Below, in pieces: positions 24,501 to 48,588 of a stretch of 64,000 bases of DNA. The DNA comes from Balanoglossus misakiensis (taxonomy: Eukaryota > Animalia > Hemichordata): NCBI GenBank assembly GCA_040954595.2, contig CM082583.2, positions 10,801,656-10,865,655 of the forward strand, written 5' to 3'. Position numbers and translations under genes: made by a program. Position 1 is the stretch's first letter. The number at the start of each line of letters is the position of its first letter. The notes under the pieces are model-generated. The model worked only from the letters and a program-made list of their open reading frames with translations. It was not told the origin of the DNA and made no database searches.

Positions 24501-25356
24501 AAGTTACACCATCATGTGATGTCTGATATCATAGACATGTCATTGTTCAAACCACGGTCACGACCGTGTTCAAACATGTACAGAAACAGCTTTGGTTTTA
24601 CAGTCTCAAAAGTTGGGATACTTATACACACTGTCTCGATATTCTTCACATACCTCTAATGGCACCCCATATAGATGTTGTTAACAGTAAAGCACCATTT
24701 TCATTCACAGTTAAAGCATCTAAAATGTAATAAATAATAAAGTTCATACAATCTTAACCTTGATATGACAGGGGTATGTTGTGTGTGCTGATGTTTGCAT
24801 TACATACTGTGCAATAGAAAAAAATCCAAAATGTGTCAAACTTGTTTGTGTACTGTCAGATATATACGCCCACTGATGGTGTTGAGTTCTGATACTTACA
24901 TGATTCGTTGGACTCCAATCTTGGCAAGTCTTCACAGGGCGAACTCAGTTTGACGTCCAGGTTCAATAATTGCTGAACACTTGCACTTGCAGATTTTTTG
25001 TTATTGACGGACGAAAATCTCAATTTTGAATCTGCCTTGCCGTCAAATATCAATTTGTAATACCTCTGGAACGCATTCTGTAAGAGATCGCAGCTGTATG
25101 AGCTGAAACTGAACTCGAATTCTCCTGGACTCAGAAGCAACTGAGTGGCTTGGGTGGTTATCTGTTGAGGAAGTGGCCAAGGGGAGCCTTGTGACCCATC
25201 AACTACTGGCCTCGAATAACCGATGCTTTCGCTTTCACGGAAGATATCCTCTGGAATCTGCCTAACGACACTGTTATCGACGGGTGACCCGACGCTAACA
25301 GTTACAAGACACGCAAAAACGACTTTAAGAAGACCAATGCGACGCCGATTGTCCAT
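21549..25356 (-). CDS. HEXB: Beta-hexosaminidase (GH20, HEXA/HEXB co-orthologue) paralogue B, canonical active site, one duplicated internal exon
   Basis: Signal peptide; PWPLP; DTGRHF; [12 protein letters not shown]; EFDTPGH; HLGGDEV; GGEACMWGE; ERLWS; ends [11 protein letters not shown]. Confidence 0.92.
22249..22426 (-). CDS. Hexosaminidase B alternative exon b (178 nt)
   Basis: ttctttcag|[60 protein letters not shown]|gtatgt. Confidence 0.88.
22644..22821 (-). CDS. Hexosaminidase B alternative exon a (178 nt)
   Basis: ttctttcag|[60 protein letters not shown]|gtactc. Confidence 0.85.
23702..23761. repeat. (CAT/CAC)n low-complexity intronic repeat
   Basis: Directly visible imperfect trinucleotide run. 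Confidence 0.75.
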
Positions 25357-25384
25357 TTTGTCGGTTGTTCAATGTCCAGATCCA

Positions 25385-25450
25385 CTCCGCCCACTTTTGT
25401 GTTGTCTGCTATATACAACTCGTGCAAATCACGTGTGGAAGTCAGGTGAC
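25385..25450 (-). promoter_or_regulatory. Hexosaminidase B proximal promoter: GC box, CACGTG E-box and CLEAR-like GTCACCTGAC; head-to-head with SNUPN
   Basis: ctccgccc at 25385, tcacgtg at 25429-25435, gtcaggtgac at 25441-25450. Confidence 0.4.
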
Positions 25451-26058
25451 TGACGTACTGAACCCTAGGTCAAAAGGTTATGGGTCGTTTGCAAAAAAAA
25501 TATATCTGTAAATGTTTCATCATAATAATCATAATAATGTACATGTACTGTTAAACACAAAATAACTTTCTTACCTATTCACCGCGCACAATATTATAGA
25601 CGGAAATGGATAAATATTTTCAACTTTGCCCTTTGACCCTCATTTCAAAATGTCGGCGCCCTAGATCGTCTGCTGTCGTTGTTGTGTCGTCGTAAATCGC
25701 TGTCAAATATCACTTGACGACGCTTTCGCCAATATAACCGGCGAATCGAACGAGATAAGGCGCTCATACTGAATTGTGGTCAGTAAAAATGTAGACAACT
25801 TCGAGATCAGTGCTCTGATAAACATTGAACGAAGGTTTCTCGAACGGGAATGAATGAATGTGGTTATGGAGGTTTCTCCTGGTGTATGTGTGTGGACGGC
25901 AAAGTGGTACAGGACCTGTATATTGCAATTTGGTTTCCTGTGTCACACTGCAAAGGCTGTGTTCATGAAGAATCACTTTATACTTTTATCTTGATATTTT
26001 CAGGTGACTACGAACATAATATTAAACTGCAGTCACCGCCATTGTCAATCCTGTCAAA

Positions 26059-28069
26059 ATGGAGGAGTTAACCAAGAGTCTGGAAGCATCGTTCAATGTA
26101 AGTAACATCCCAAACAATCCTGCTGCTCCTCACCCAAGGATGACTAACTACAAATTGAAGACCAGTGCAATGGATCAAGATGACAGGCGACGAAAGAAAC
26201 TTGAACAACAGAAAAAGTAAGTCTCATCTTCCACTGTTGTTAGACTTTCAGTGAAAGAGCTATAGTTGATGGACAGAACAAAATCTAAAATAAACAAAAG
26301 TTCAGATAATGGACTGTTTGGACAAATTCAGGTAATGGACCTTTATCTTAATTGATTTAACTGAAATCTTGTACCAGGAACAGAAGAGACTATGTCAATC
26401 TAGCCAGAAGACTTGCTGAAGATGATTGGAAAGATTTTAGCAGTGAGGAAGAAGAGTTAGATGATTCCAAAGAAGAGTTAGATGAAACCATGGAAACAGC
26501 TACAACAAAAGAAAAACCAAAACGTAAAAAGAAATTAAGATATTATAGAAACAGGGTAAGTACCCAGAAAACTACATGTAGTTGAGTAGCTAGATGTTGT
26601 GATGAGGTTTAAGCTCAATCCACTGCAGTGTCTAGATGCTACACTACTAATAAAAATAACGAACGTTAATTGAATGTTGTTATGTTTCTTTACTGTACAG
26701 CTGATGTTATCAGAATGGTTAGTGGACAAACCTAGTGATTTTGAAGACAACTGGTTGATGATGCTGTGTCCTACAGGCAAGAGATCACTAGTTGTTGCAG
26801 CTAGGGTGAGTAGTGAACCATACATGTACATTTGCAAGTGTTTTTTTAAGTTTTGTAAATGAAAATGTAAATGAAATTAATAGATCACATGTTGACGATC
26901 ATTTGACGTTTCATATTTCTTAGGGTGTGACCTCAGCATATGGAAGGAATGGTTATAAACACAATCAATTTCCATCATTTCTACCGGGAGGAAACAGGCA
27001 TAAAGATGGTGGTATGATATTTTTCGTTGTGATATTGATCAGTTAATGAAGAATTTTCCACATATGTTTCACAAATATAGTGTATGATTGAAAACTTAAA
27101 CTTCCTAATGAAAAACTTACATCAACTGCATATCTTTCTTTCAACATTTATGTCCAGTCAATGCTGCAGCATACATTCTTACCATTTTATTTCAGGAGGA
27201 TACTCGATATTAGATTGTGTATATTCCGAAGTCACCAGGACATTTTTTGTCTTGGATCTGATGTGTTGGAACAGCATGCCAGTCTATGACAGCGACACAG
27301 AGTTCCGATTCTATTGGATGCACACCAAGTTTACAGAGACTCCAGAACTTTCAAGTCAAGCGAAACGGAACCCAGTGAGTAGCTCCTGACCTTTTTATCC
27401 TCTTGCAGCCTGTTTGGGGATTCACCCATTACGAATCTCGTAACAGTATCACAGAGTTGTTTATTTCCTACTTTGATGTGTTTCTATTTGCAGTACAAGT
27501 TCATACCACTGCCATATTTTGCCTGTGACAAGGAAAACCTTACCAAGGTGATGTCAGACCCCTTGCCTTTTCAGGTAAGCAGTACATGTTTATTTTATTA
27601 TCAGTTGATAAGTGTTGGTAAGTTTGAACCTGCAGGAGTTCTTTACTTAGTCATATGATTGGACGGTTGCCATGTGCAAGCAATCTGTGCACTTTGCACT
27701 GTATAACCATGAAATCTGTGACACTCGGTTTTGCTTTCAGACCTTTTCCTATTTTTGCTGTTTAATGAAACTAAATTCTAGTGGGGGTATAAATTGATTT
27801 CACAGGTTGGGCTAGATGGCCTCTTGTTTTACCATAAGGGGAGTCACTATACATTTGGAAGCACGCCGTTGGTTGGATGGCTTAAGGCATGGATGTTGCC
27901 AGAAATACTGAACATTTCAATACCACAGAGTTACATTGATAACAGGCCAGCAAAGGCCAGACTGTTGCCACCCTCCCCCATGGATGTTCATTCGTCTGAT
28001 AGCAAAGACTCAAAATCCGAATCTAATGTTGAAGACGATGTTGGCGAGAGCTCTGCTACAATGGAGTAG
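26059..28069 (+). CDS. SNUPN: Snurportin-1 (m3G-cap snRNP import adaptor)
   Basis: [15 protein letters not shown]...AAPHPR...[11 protein letters not shown] (IBB-like), [58 protein letters not shown]...TPLVGWLK. Confidence 0.95.
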
Positions 28070-31000
28070 CTACTCTGCTGAAAAGGCGTGAAACACTTGG
28101 GATTAAAAAAATCTGAGCTGGCAAAGGGGGTAGGGTGCGGAAGGGGTGCACATGTAAACAGTGAATGTAAATTTTCTGTTTTCTTGAATATGTATTTCAT
28201 GTATTTGTAGGGCTTTACGTGGTCTTGTGGTCTGGCATGAATCAATTGATTACAAATTCTACTTCACAAGGATATTTCATAAAGTAACACAGGTAAGACC
28301 TGTCATATTTTTTTTTGTTATTTAGATCATGAAAAGGACAAATAACAATTGTAAAGCCCATTCTTATTTATGTCTGTTTCTTATCATCAAAATGTCGCAA
28401 ATAAAGACATGTTTTAGAAAGTCTAGGTCTTGTTATATTCACTGCGAGGTTCAGTTATGTTTGTGTAGAAAGGGTTTTGCTATTGAATATCGGTAGACAG
28501 ACTTGCACAGTTGTAAACTTGTAACAGGTGTGTAGAATTCCATTACTTCCAGTGAGAAATATCTTCTCACAGCGCCCTCACTGGTTGGCTTCTCAAATGC
28601 TTTTTCCTTCTGACTTGGCACTCTACACTTTTTAACAAATTTATGGTCAAATTCCATATCTGAAAGCTTGATTCTAGCAGTCATATTGAAGTCCTAAATC
28701 TAATTTTGTTTCCTTGCCTCAGTCTGACTAAATAAAACAAGTCGCTTTGATTTGTTATTTAATTTCCTTTCCAAGGTTATTAAACTCGACGAGTGTGAAA
28801 TATAACATACATCAATCTACATACATGCATAGAAAACTCCCTTCCTTGTGGTTGACGCCAGCAATTTTACAACTGGCATTATCCATCTGAAATGTGTACC
28901 GAATTTTTTTTTATCCATTAAAATGGATTTCAAGCATACTTGAAGGTAGCCATAATCTGTAGGGGTTTGGTCACTTCAGAATTCTTGTTAATTAACTGGT
29001 CGTGTTGCTTCTTCTGCTATTGTTGTCGTGCGATTTACTCAAAGCCTGGTTTTGTCTGTTTCCTTTGTCATTCACCGCCGACGTTATCATCTTCAAGTTA
29101 TTTTACATTACGTGCCGGCTTCGCTCTGACATTTTATAGGTTGTGCTAATACATATTGTTTGCATTTTCTGTGGAGTACATTTAAGCTGATGATGATTTC
29201 AGCGAGGTGCTTTGAGATGTGTGTTTTTCTTTCCGACAAAAGGCATGATACTATAATAGAAATTTTGAATTTTCCATGGAGTACATTTCAGCTCAGCTGG
29301 AGTAGATGAACAGCAGGTGTATTTTTAGATGTGTAATTTTCTTTATCTTAAGTTTAATTATCCCGTCAATTACCGTAGCATGAATAGCACATATCCCACG
29401 TACAAGAATAGGTCCTACTAGTATAAAGTCTACCTCAACACTTTGCATTCTTCTAGGTTTACATTCTTGCCTGACGTCATTCATTGTTTCATCTGACATA
29501 TGATGTTCGACGAGAAAGCACACTAAATTTAATTTCCGTTGTTGAAATATCTAATTTAGTACATCGAGAAAATAGTCGCGGTGCCCGTTTGACAATCCCG
29601 CTGAGAAGTGGAAACACGATAATGAAAGCGGAAGACTACATGTGTCATTTCCGCTGAAGCCTTGCACAGACTCCACTTTCCCGCAGTATTAAAACGCGAT
29701 TTGTTTTTATCACACTGGCTAAATCTACCTGAGTTTGACCCCGTGACCTCTCGTTTGATGATGTGTCTCTCTGTCGGAACGATAGCATCGTTCTCCGCGC
29801 GAACAGGCATGAGACACTCGTAAAGGTAATTGTTCGAGGACCTTTTGGCTCCGATTAAGCTCTCCTTGGGTATTAAAAAAAATCTGCTTCAACTCCGGTG
29901 ATGGCACTGTGAGGGAAATGGATATCTGTGCTCGTTCTGCAGATATCCGTTTTCGGGACTTATCAACAGAAATTCCCTTTTGAGGAATACGGGAAACGGT
30001 TACACCAAAGCGCCTGCGAATTTCCCCGATTCACAGCAGTATAAACCATCGATCTCATTATCCGACCAGACAACCTAGTTACACTTTGCGTCAAGGCCCT
30101 GAGAGGGTTAATTTAAGCTTCGATTTTTATTACTTTGGACATCAATATAAGTGCATTGGGGCTACAGATCCGACCGGGACCATCTTAGACTGTTCTATTA
30201 AAAGAATCTAACTGCATGCAATATCCCTTCCCGATGCCATCACCCACGGCACCGTCATCCACGAGTCGAGATTATCGATGTCACAAAGTTAGCGTTCTCC
30301 GCTTTTTTTATTCTGAATTCAAATTGATGTCACACGATTCATTCCCTAGATGGTTCCGTCACTCCGGGCCGGTTTTAAACAACCATTTCAATTTCCAGGA
30401 ATACAGTAACCAAATGTAAAATCCCCGGCAGCAGATCCGGAATGTCATTCGAAAATAAATTAGACTCTGAAAATAAGGAACTGAGTGTGCCGGCGACTAC
30501 TTTAAGAAGGTTTACTACATATTCCTTTTCTGTCAGGTTGACAGTTTTTCTACGCAGTTTTGGTAACATTGAACAAGTTCGGCAATCATGCGTAAACCCA
30601 GAAGCCGGAGACTGACACATTATTTTGTTAGTAAAACATACCCGTTTACTTCTCTATGGGAGCCCCCTCCCCCGACTCTCCGCCTCATTCCGAGTGTGAT
30701 GCGTCGACGCCGATTGAATTAACCTTGCGTTTCACGGGCTGTCAACACTTGAAGCAGTCCAAGTATTCGGAAATGCAATCATGCATTGACTACAGTAGTG
30801 ACATCGTGACTAATGCACTAAACTGCATTTTCAGTCGTCTGTTACGTTAAACAGAATGTCTTTCAGGTTCTATCCTGTTTTATTTTGACTTGTATGCACT
30901 AAAAGGTATGAGGCTAAACTTCTTGCCCGGGGTCAATAGCAAAGCGCATAATGTAATCTGACTATTGCCTGGGGAGGAACTGTCAGGTTGCCATGCCGCC

Positions 31001-33232
31001 CCGGCCTGTCATGAGTATAATCGAAATTTCGCCCATCGTTCGATTTGCCAGTAAACTGAAGGTTTCATCACTAACACTGAAGAAATCTATGTATGCGGAA
31101 GATGAAAATATATTTGTATTCACACAACCACACAACTGTGTTGCCCATTCGCATCCAATTTCATTATTCCTCAGGGTTTTTATGGATGTTACTTTCAGCG
31201 TCGATCTGTTAGCGTACTGTTTACAATGTTAGCGTTCATCTTTCGTCAGGTTGCAGTCCATTCAGTCGCTTAATCTCTTATCTGCCATGTCGGCTATCTC
31301 GCAGAGTTTCCTTCCACTACCAATGATTGCCTTCTTTGACATTGGGTTGACATTGTTCTGGCATTAAATATGACAGACAGACAGACAGACAGACATGCTG
31401 ATTGGCTGACTCACTCGTTGATTGATTGATTGATTACGCCACAATATTAGTGGACTCGCCGTGAAGTCCATGAAAAATAACGAAACACCTTGGGATCGGC
31501 TCCAATTGGACTAACGCCTAAGCCTTATTTTTTCAATCTCTCTGTCTTTTAGGAACGCTGAACCCCATAACTCCATCCAAAGACAGTCTGTCTGTGTTGC
31601 AAGTCAGTATAGGCCCGAGTATAGGCCACGGCCAGGAAGGAACGTGTTGATCTGGACAAAAGAACCACAAAGTCCGAAAGAAGGCGAATCAAAGTAAGTT
31701 GCCTGTAGGCACACAATCACCTATTTTATTATATAGACTCTGACTTGCTTTCTGGCTGTCATGGGAGGCAACACTTGCCCCTGCATCTAGTTTCCATGGT
31801 TACAAATGCATCACACCAAACTCGAACATTATATACAGTACCTTAGAGCATCCTAACCTCGATCGTATTTTCAAACTGGCACACACAATACGGCTTAATT
31901 AGAATTAGTCCATGTTCAGCCGATCTTTCCGGCTATACACTTGCGTTTTATTAAATCATGCGGGTCTTGTTAGTCTACCTTCTTGATTAACTACATTTCT
32001 AGCGTCTGATTTTATCGCTGACTACAGCTAAACATTTCAGTTTATCCACTCGTAACTAGCCTAATTTAAGCCTGTAAATTGGTGAAACCGATGAAGTATC
32101 TTCCTCAGTGAAAATCTGTTACAGGTCACCAGGTTCTTATTACCTCAAAGCTTGAATTAACTATAGTGTTCTGAACGCAGTAAAACTAGCGTCAATGACT
32201 CCGTGCTCACATTTTCAATAGAAACTGACTATGAAGAGATTCGCCTTGAATGTTTGAGATAACAGCTTGGCTGAATAAATTCTCCACAAGCAAGTAACAG
32301 ACACATTAAAGTGTAAAGACTGCCTTTAATGATAGATTCGAGTTGACATGACAGCAGAAGAACAATAGACTAATCCGAGTCCCGAAAGTTTCCAACTTTG
32401 AAAATTGGTTCCATTTGTTTTATTCTTGTTGTACAGTGGCGTGAACAACGGAAATGAAAAAAAGTGAAGCAAGTAAGATTTGGAGTCAATTTTGTGACGT
32501 GTCCATTCCGTGTCGTACGTTAAGTTCCGCACCATCTTCTTTGGTTTGCATATCACTCAGTGTTTGCCACGTGTGTGGTCCGTTCGCCGCGATTTTGTAC
32601 AGAACACAAAAAATCCACCCTTCGTATCCCGCCTTTAGTGTTAATTCTTACGTTAAAACAGTAACAAATTGTTTCTTTAGGCATATTTTGTCTCTGAGAG
32701 TCGCTCATGTCTTTTTAGAAAATCTAGTGACGGTCAAGATTCTGCATACTAAGTTTTGGCAAATCTTTCATTTCTATAATTGTCTGATCATGTAAAGAGG
32801 CGATAACACCTAAACTTGCAAACGTGACATTTTCGTTGAAAATACACCAAATTAAAGTAATACATTAAAATGATGTAGATAATAATTAATCAAGAATAAC
32901 TCTATATACATGTATTCAAAACTAATGCCTGTCAATCACAATCGTATTTTCAAAAAACCGTGTAACAATGTGCTTAGATAGCGGGTTTATAAAATGATAA
33001 CCAATCTTTTTAGATTGATTAGAAACGTCTCAATCTTCCAGAAATTGCGCAGTGTATATATAACTAAGCTTCAGCATGTCGAAGGAGATTGGTTGCCATG
33101 GTGAAAGCGTCTTAGTCAAGGCGGGTGAATGTAATTACCAGAGAATGAATGAAACTCGTCTTGAATGCGAAAATCAAACCAGAGGCATTGACGAATAACT
33201 ATGTTTGCGACAGGTCCTTGTCGTGTGTGACG

Positions 33233-43593
<10,361 letters not shown>

Positions 43594-46500
43594 TCATTCA
43601 CCAAAGTCCACTAGGAATTTTTGTCATTGTCTCGGATGATATAGACACACTATCTGCCAGGAGTATCTCCTACATCTGACGAACGTTATTCATTCCCCAC
43701 CATGCGCTATCACGGGGGGACAATATTGGGATCCACGGCAGGAGATAAGACTCGTTCTTCTGGGCAGACAGTTATCCTGTACGTGTTGCCAAAACTATAC
43801 ACTGTGTGGTTGTTATGAGAACCGCGCACCTTACTATATTAGTCATCCACAAGACGAACAGACCACCTAGCCAAGTGTGTAAAATCACCATGATAATCAT
43901 AATGAGTGACAGTAGATTGGGAAAAAAGATACCACTGGGATTAATCAAGACGGAAGTTTAATTTCAACAGGTGGGAAAGGGAGCTCGCACATCAGATAAT
44001 CAAATTTGCGAACGATACGAACCAGGTTGTAAGCTCAAAGATTATGTTGAAGCAAGTTGAAGATCCTTTGGCCAGACTAAAAATCTCCGGCAGTATACAC
44101 AATATACTTGTACTTTGAGGACAGTATTATAAACGCAGTTGAGAAAATTGAACATCTTGATCGAGTTTTCTCATTATATGAGTTCCACATGGACATGAAT
44201 TTATAAAATTCTTATCATCTTCCTTATCGTCTCTCCTCTTCCATCGCGCATTGTCCTCGAAATGGTTGCTTGGCAACTACAACCAAACAGTTCATTTGTC
44301 GGAAGTAATCTACTTCCCCAGTTATCCTACGCCGTGTCTATTACTGTAGACTACGATCATCTACCTTGCTCATCTATTGACCATGAAATTAGATACTATC
44401 CCATATAATATTTAGATGTGATTTAGACAAGCACCGATTTTAGAGCAAATCAAATTTACTCGCATTGTTTGATTAATTGCAAATTGATGGCAGTCCTTTA
44501 TTATTTTGCAAGACAGATGACGTCACAAATATTCTGCGGATTGTTGAAAGTTCTCCATATAAACATTTGAAACTCGGCTATCATGATGTAATGCAACATT
44601 TTCATCTAGCCATGGCTACCGAGGCCAGCCAGACCACTTAATATGTATGGCCAACCACAGAATTTCACATGGGGCCACGCGAAAAAGTGCGCCACCGCAC
44701 GTGGTCATTAGAGCACTTCAGACACGCTCCAATTAACCAAAATTGGAAAATATACGAAATCACGGGTGACTATATAACTTAAGTGAAACGTAAAAATAAT
44801 TGCTTTATTCCGCGACCAGGCATCATTAATGAGGGCACTTTCAAGACCCTTCGAACTATTCTCGCAAGGTCTCAAATGCAGAGTTCAAGCACTTTTTGCC
44901 TTAAAAGGGAAATAAAACAGAGTTGAATGTCTCTCTTTCAAATCTGATTAAAGCGAGAACAATCCTACGAAGGAATTCCAAGAGACCACAGATCTTGTGA
45001 ATCTGATATTGTACGTGCACCGCGTGACCCGTCAGGATCGAGGATGAAAGTATTTGTGACCGAGAAAGGTACTTCTTGGCCTAATGCACTCAGCCAGAAC
45101 GGAAGAATATTATTTTAAATCATTCCCGGTTAATTCCCAAGGTTGGCGCTTTTCAAGTACTCTCTGAAATGCTGAATGTGACAAGAATGCGCTTACAACG
45201 GACATTGGAGAGTAGATAATGTGATCAAATGGATTCAAATTGTGCATTCACATCATCTGCAGGTCAATTACCGAAACCTTAACGGCCACAGAAGACTTTT
45301 ATTACCAAGAAGGAAGATTGTTTTATTGTCAGACATTTTCAACTTCACACACAGTACAAGCGTTGGTGATTTTAAAGTTTATATGATTTTTTTATTCTGT
45401 AATATTCACCAGCCAGTCAGAATATATAGTCGAAGGCTAATCTGTAACAAGTAAAATCACACGTCCCCCTTTCTCGTTGAACGAACCGTTTTTAATCATC
45501 ACGGAGAGCGATGTACGAAAATGATCTGTCAAATCACCCAAGCGCATGAAGCGCAGTTATCGCGCTTCGCTCGTTGCCAGGGAAACCTCATGGGGGAAAC
45601 AGCAGTCTGCCAACCATGTCACGCGAAACGTTCGTTGCAGTGTAATTCTTTGCTTGGTGTTACATTGAGAGGAATGATACCCCGAAGCGAAAAAAGACAA
45701 TCAGGCGGGCGAAGAAAACAAATACTATCTCGCTCTCATCAACTCCCATGCTCATTATGTGCAATGCAATGATGATGGTGTACGTCAGAGATAGATATTA
45801 AAAACCCCATGAGCTACAACTTTTGGAAAATTATCATGAAATTTATTTTCAAACTGTATGCACTGAAGTATATACAAGTAGTATCAACCCTAAGGATGAG
45901 TGCATATGCAAGTTTTTAATAATACAGCTTTGTCGCAAAGAAATATGGCCGCCATCGTGGGAAAATGCAAAATACACGTTCAATGAAAACACAGGATGAT
46001 CTCATCCACGAAAACACATGGAAGTAAATGTACTCCGCTGAGACATTACATTTTCATTTTTCATTGCATTTTTCATCCTTTTTTAAATTGCGGGAATTTT
46101 TTACTGTAATGATATTTTTTGGACAGAATCGACATTGTGATCGGATCTTCAAATCATGAACTAGAGACTGTGATGTTGGTCGTAATATCTGGACTGTTGT
46201 GGATTTTTGTGTGCGTTGCTGTGCCAACTGAAACGCGAAGAAAGAGAGGATATGATTTCCAAAGCTAATCTGACAGTTCTATGATGGGTCGATGTGATAA
46301 AATGCAGGGTCATAAGTTCAGAAGTCTGTAAGAACTTTGAGAAAAGACTCTGTCGTATTGAGGAAGTCTACCTTGATGGCGTGCATGGGTTTCAATACGT
46401 CACATTCAGGCAAATCGTTATATTGAATTTATCCTATTTTAAAAGAAGAAGACGAAAGCCCATCACTTGTCAGTCTACTAAGTAACGCATTATGAGAAGT

Positions 46501-46766
46501 TGCCTTTCCATATGGTCGGAGCGAATGCTTATACAAATGTTCAAATGGGCGAGTTCAATATATGTTTTTGGCATATTCTATTTCACTTGGGATGGGTAGG
46601 GGGCGCACTTAATGGGCAGAAAATACTTGAAGGCATAAGTGATATTCTACGGCGGCTGCGTGGCGAAAAGCTGTTATAGACAAGACGTATAGCCAAAGTA
46701 TAACGTAGGTGGTGCACTTTACTTTCATTACTCGTTGGCCACCCGTGCAGAAGACTGTTACTGCCA

Positions 46767-47370
46767 TAGTCTCGGTTACCCAGACTCTCTTACTCTTTCT
46801 CTCGTCTCTAGAGGGCGCTGTGCGAGAAAGAGAGTCTGGGATCACTGCACGTTAAATTTTCCGCGAACCGGAAGCGTCTTTTAGTAATCGAGCGATGCAC
46901 CCTGGATCCAATAACAAATCGCAGGGAATAGAGGAATGAATCGTGTTGTCGTTGTTTATGATGATAAAAACATTTTAAAAAAATTATGTGTCATTTCCTG
47001 CTACCGTAAACGTGGAAAACACGGCCTAGGTCGCCCGACGTCACTCGTACGTGCGTGTGTACGTGATCGTAGACGTTGGCCGACCTAGGTCATGTTTTCC
47101 ACGAGTGACGTCGGGCGACCTAGGCCGTGTTTTCCACGATTACGGTAGCAGGAAATGACACATTAATTTTTTTAAATGTTTTTATCATCATAAACAACGA
47201 CAACACGATTCATTCCTCTATTCCCTGCGTTTTGTTATTGGATCCAGGGTGCATCGCTCGATTACTAAAAGATGCTTCCGGTTCGCGGAAAATTTAACGT
47301 GCAGTGATCCCAGACCCTCTTTCTGGAGTGCCCAACGGAAGAAGCAGAGGGCTCTGGGTAACCGAGACTA
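46767..47370. mobile_element. Non-autonomous foldback/MITE-like DNA transposon, 604 bp, 9-bp TSD
   Basis: Termini tagtctcggttacccaga...tctgggtaaccgagacta; TSD ttactgcca at 46758-46766 and 47371-47379; ~214-bp internal inverted arms (46835-47048 / 47101-47314). Confidence 0.9.
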
Positions 47371-47601
47371 TTACTGCCATGGTTACAGAGAGGAATATGT
47401 GACCCCTTATATGGAGCATGCAATGTTTTGGAAACGATTCGCCTCCTGAACATTCCGGTAGAGCAGATTGAATCCATGCCCTCGATCATTGGAATATTTC
47501 TCGTACTGTGAACATACTAGTAGTATGTTATGCAATGAATGTCAGGTGACGCAAGTTCAAAGGTCGAGGTTTGTCTATAGCGGTACGTCCCGTCGTCCAT
47601 C

Positions 47602-48588
47602 ATGCCCTCAAATAACCTTGACGTCAACATGCGACCGAAGGTTGGTGTAGGTGTTGTTGTTACGAGTCACCAACATCCAGACTGTATTCTTGTTGGACAA
47701 CGAGGTGGTAAGACAGTCGGCAGTGGTCTTTACGCTCTTCCGGGTGGCCATTTAGAGTTTGGGTAAGCTTGGATTATATAGGGTCTGGAAGTGAGTGGTA
47801 TACGTTGCCATAGTACAGGGCCTATGGAACCGTGTGTCGTTTGTGTCCCCTTCGAAACAGGCTTTTAGTGTTAATTTGGATGTTGATCACAAGAAAGCAT
47901 TGGAAAGCAAAGTACGAGTTAGTTTAAACATGGAGCACAGTGGTAGCGCCATGGTTTGAAAGTGTGTTTGGGCACAGTCCTTTCAGATTCGAGGGGACCA
48001 TGCTTTGATAGCTGCAATGCTTGTAGCGGTGCCGGTGGGTTGCTGCTTTGGCTTTCTGACAACAAAAGTAACCCTTGCATTGTTGCAGTGAGTCGTGGGA
48101 AGAGTGCGCTAGAAGGGAAACACTGGAGGAAACGGGCCTTTCATTGAAAGATGTCCACTTTGCATTTGTGGTTAACGCAGTCATGACAGACATGGATTAC
48201 CACTACATCACAATATTCATGAAGGCAGAAGTTGATACGACGAAGGAGCCGGAACCTTTGAATCTTGAGCCTGAAAAATGTGAAGGTAGGTTTACAGTAA
48301 AATGTGAGAAAATGTTAAAACTTTGACTTGGAAGGTTCATACTACCCTAGATACCCCAAACCCAGCCAAGTCCATCTGGAATCACTTCATAAAGACACAC
48401 CTTCAACACAATGGCATATTCTCAAGTAATTCGGTATAACCCTTTCTCCTTTATTCTTCTCAGGATGGGAATGGAAAAAATGGGACGAGTTTCCTGAAGA
48501 CTGTCAACTCTTCCACGCCTTGCTGGTCGCTAGGCAACAAGGATACAACCCTTTCCAGACTATTCAAGAGAATTCATCAAGGATTTAA
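47602..48588 (+). CDS. NUDT15: Nudix hydrolase 15 (MTH2), 3 exons
   Basis: [24 protein letters not shown]...LPGGHLEFG|[16 protein letters not shown] (Nudix box)...YHYITIFM...[11 protein letters not shown]|GWEW...GYNPF. Start could be 47602 or 47629. Confidence 0.93.

Noticed and set aside
29700-29790. tRNA or SINE-like B-box on the minus strand (gagaggtcacggggtcaaactc)
   Set aside because: Degenerate; no A-box or cloverleaf could be built.
28450-33200. Short ORFs between SNUPN and RGS7BP
   Set aside because: No recognisable domains or consistent exon chain; probably UTR or intergenic.
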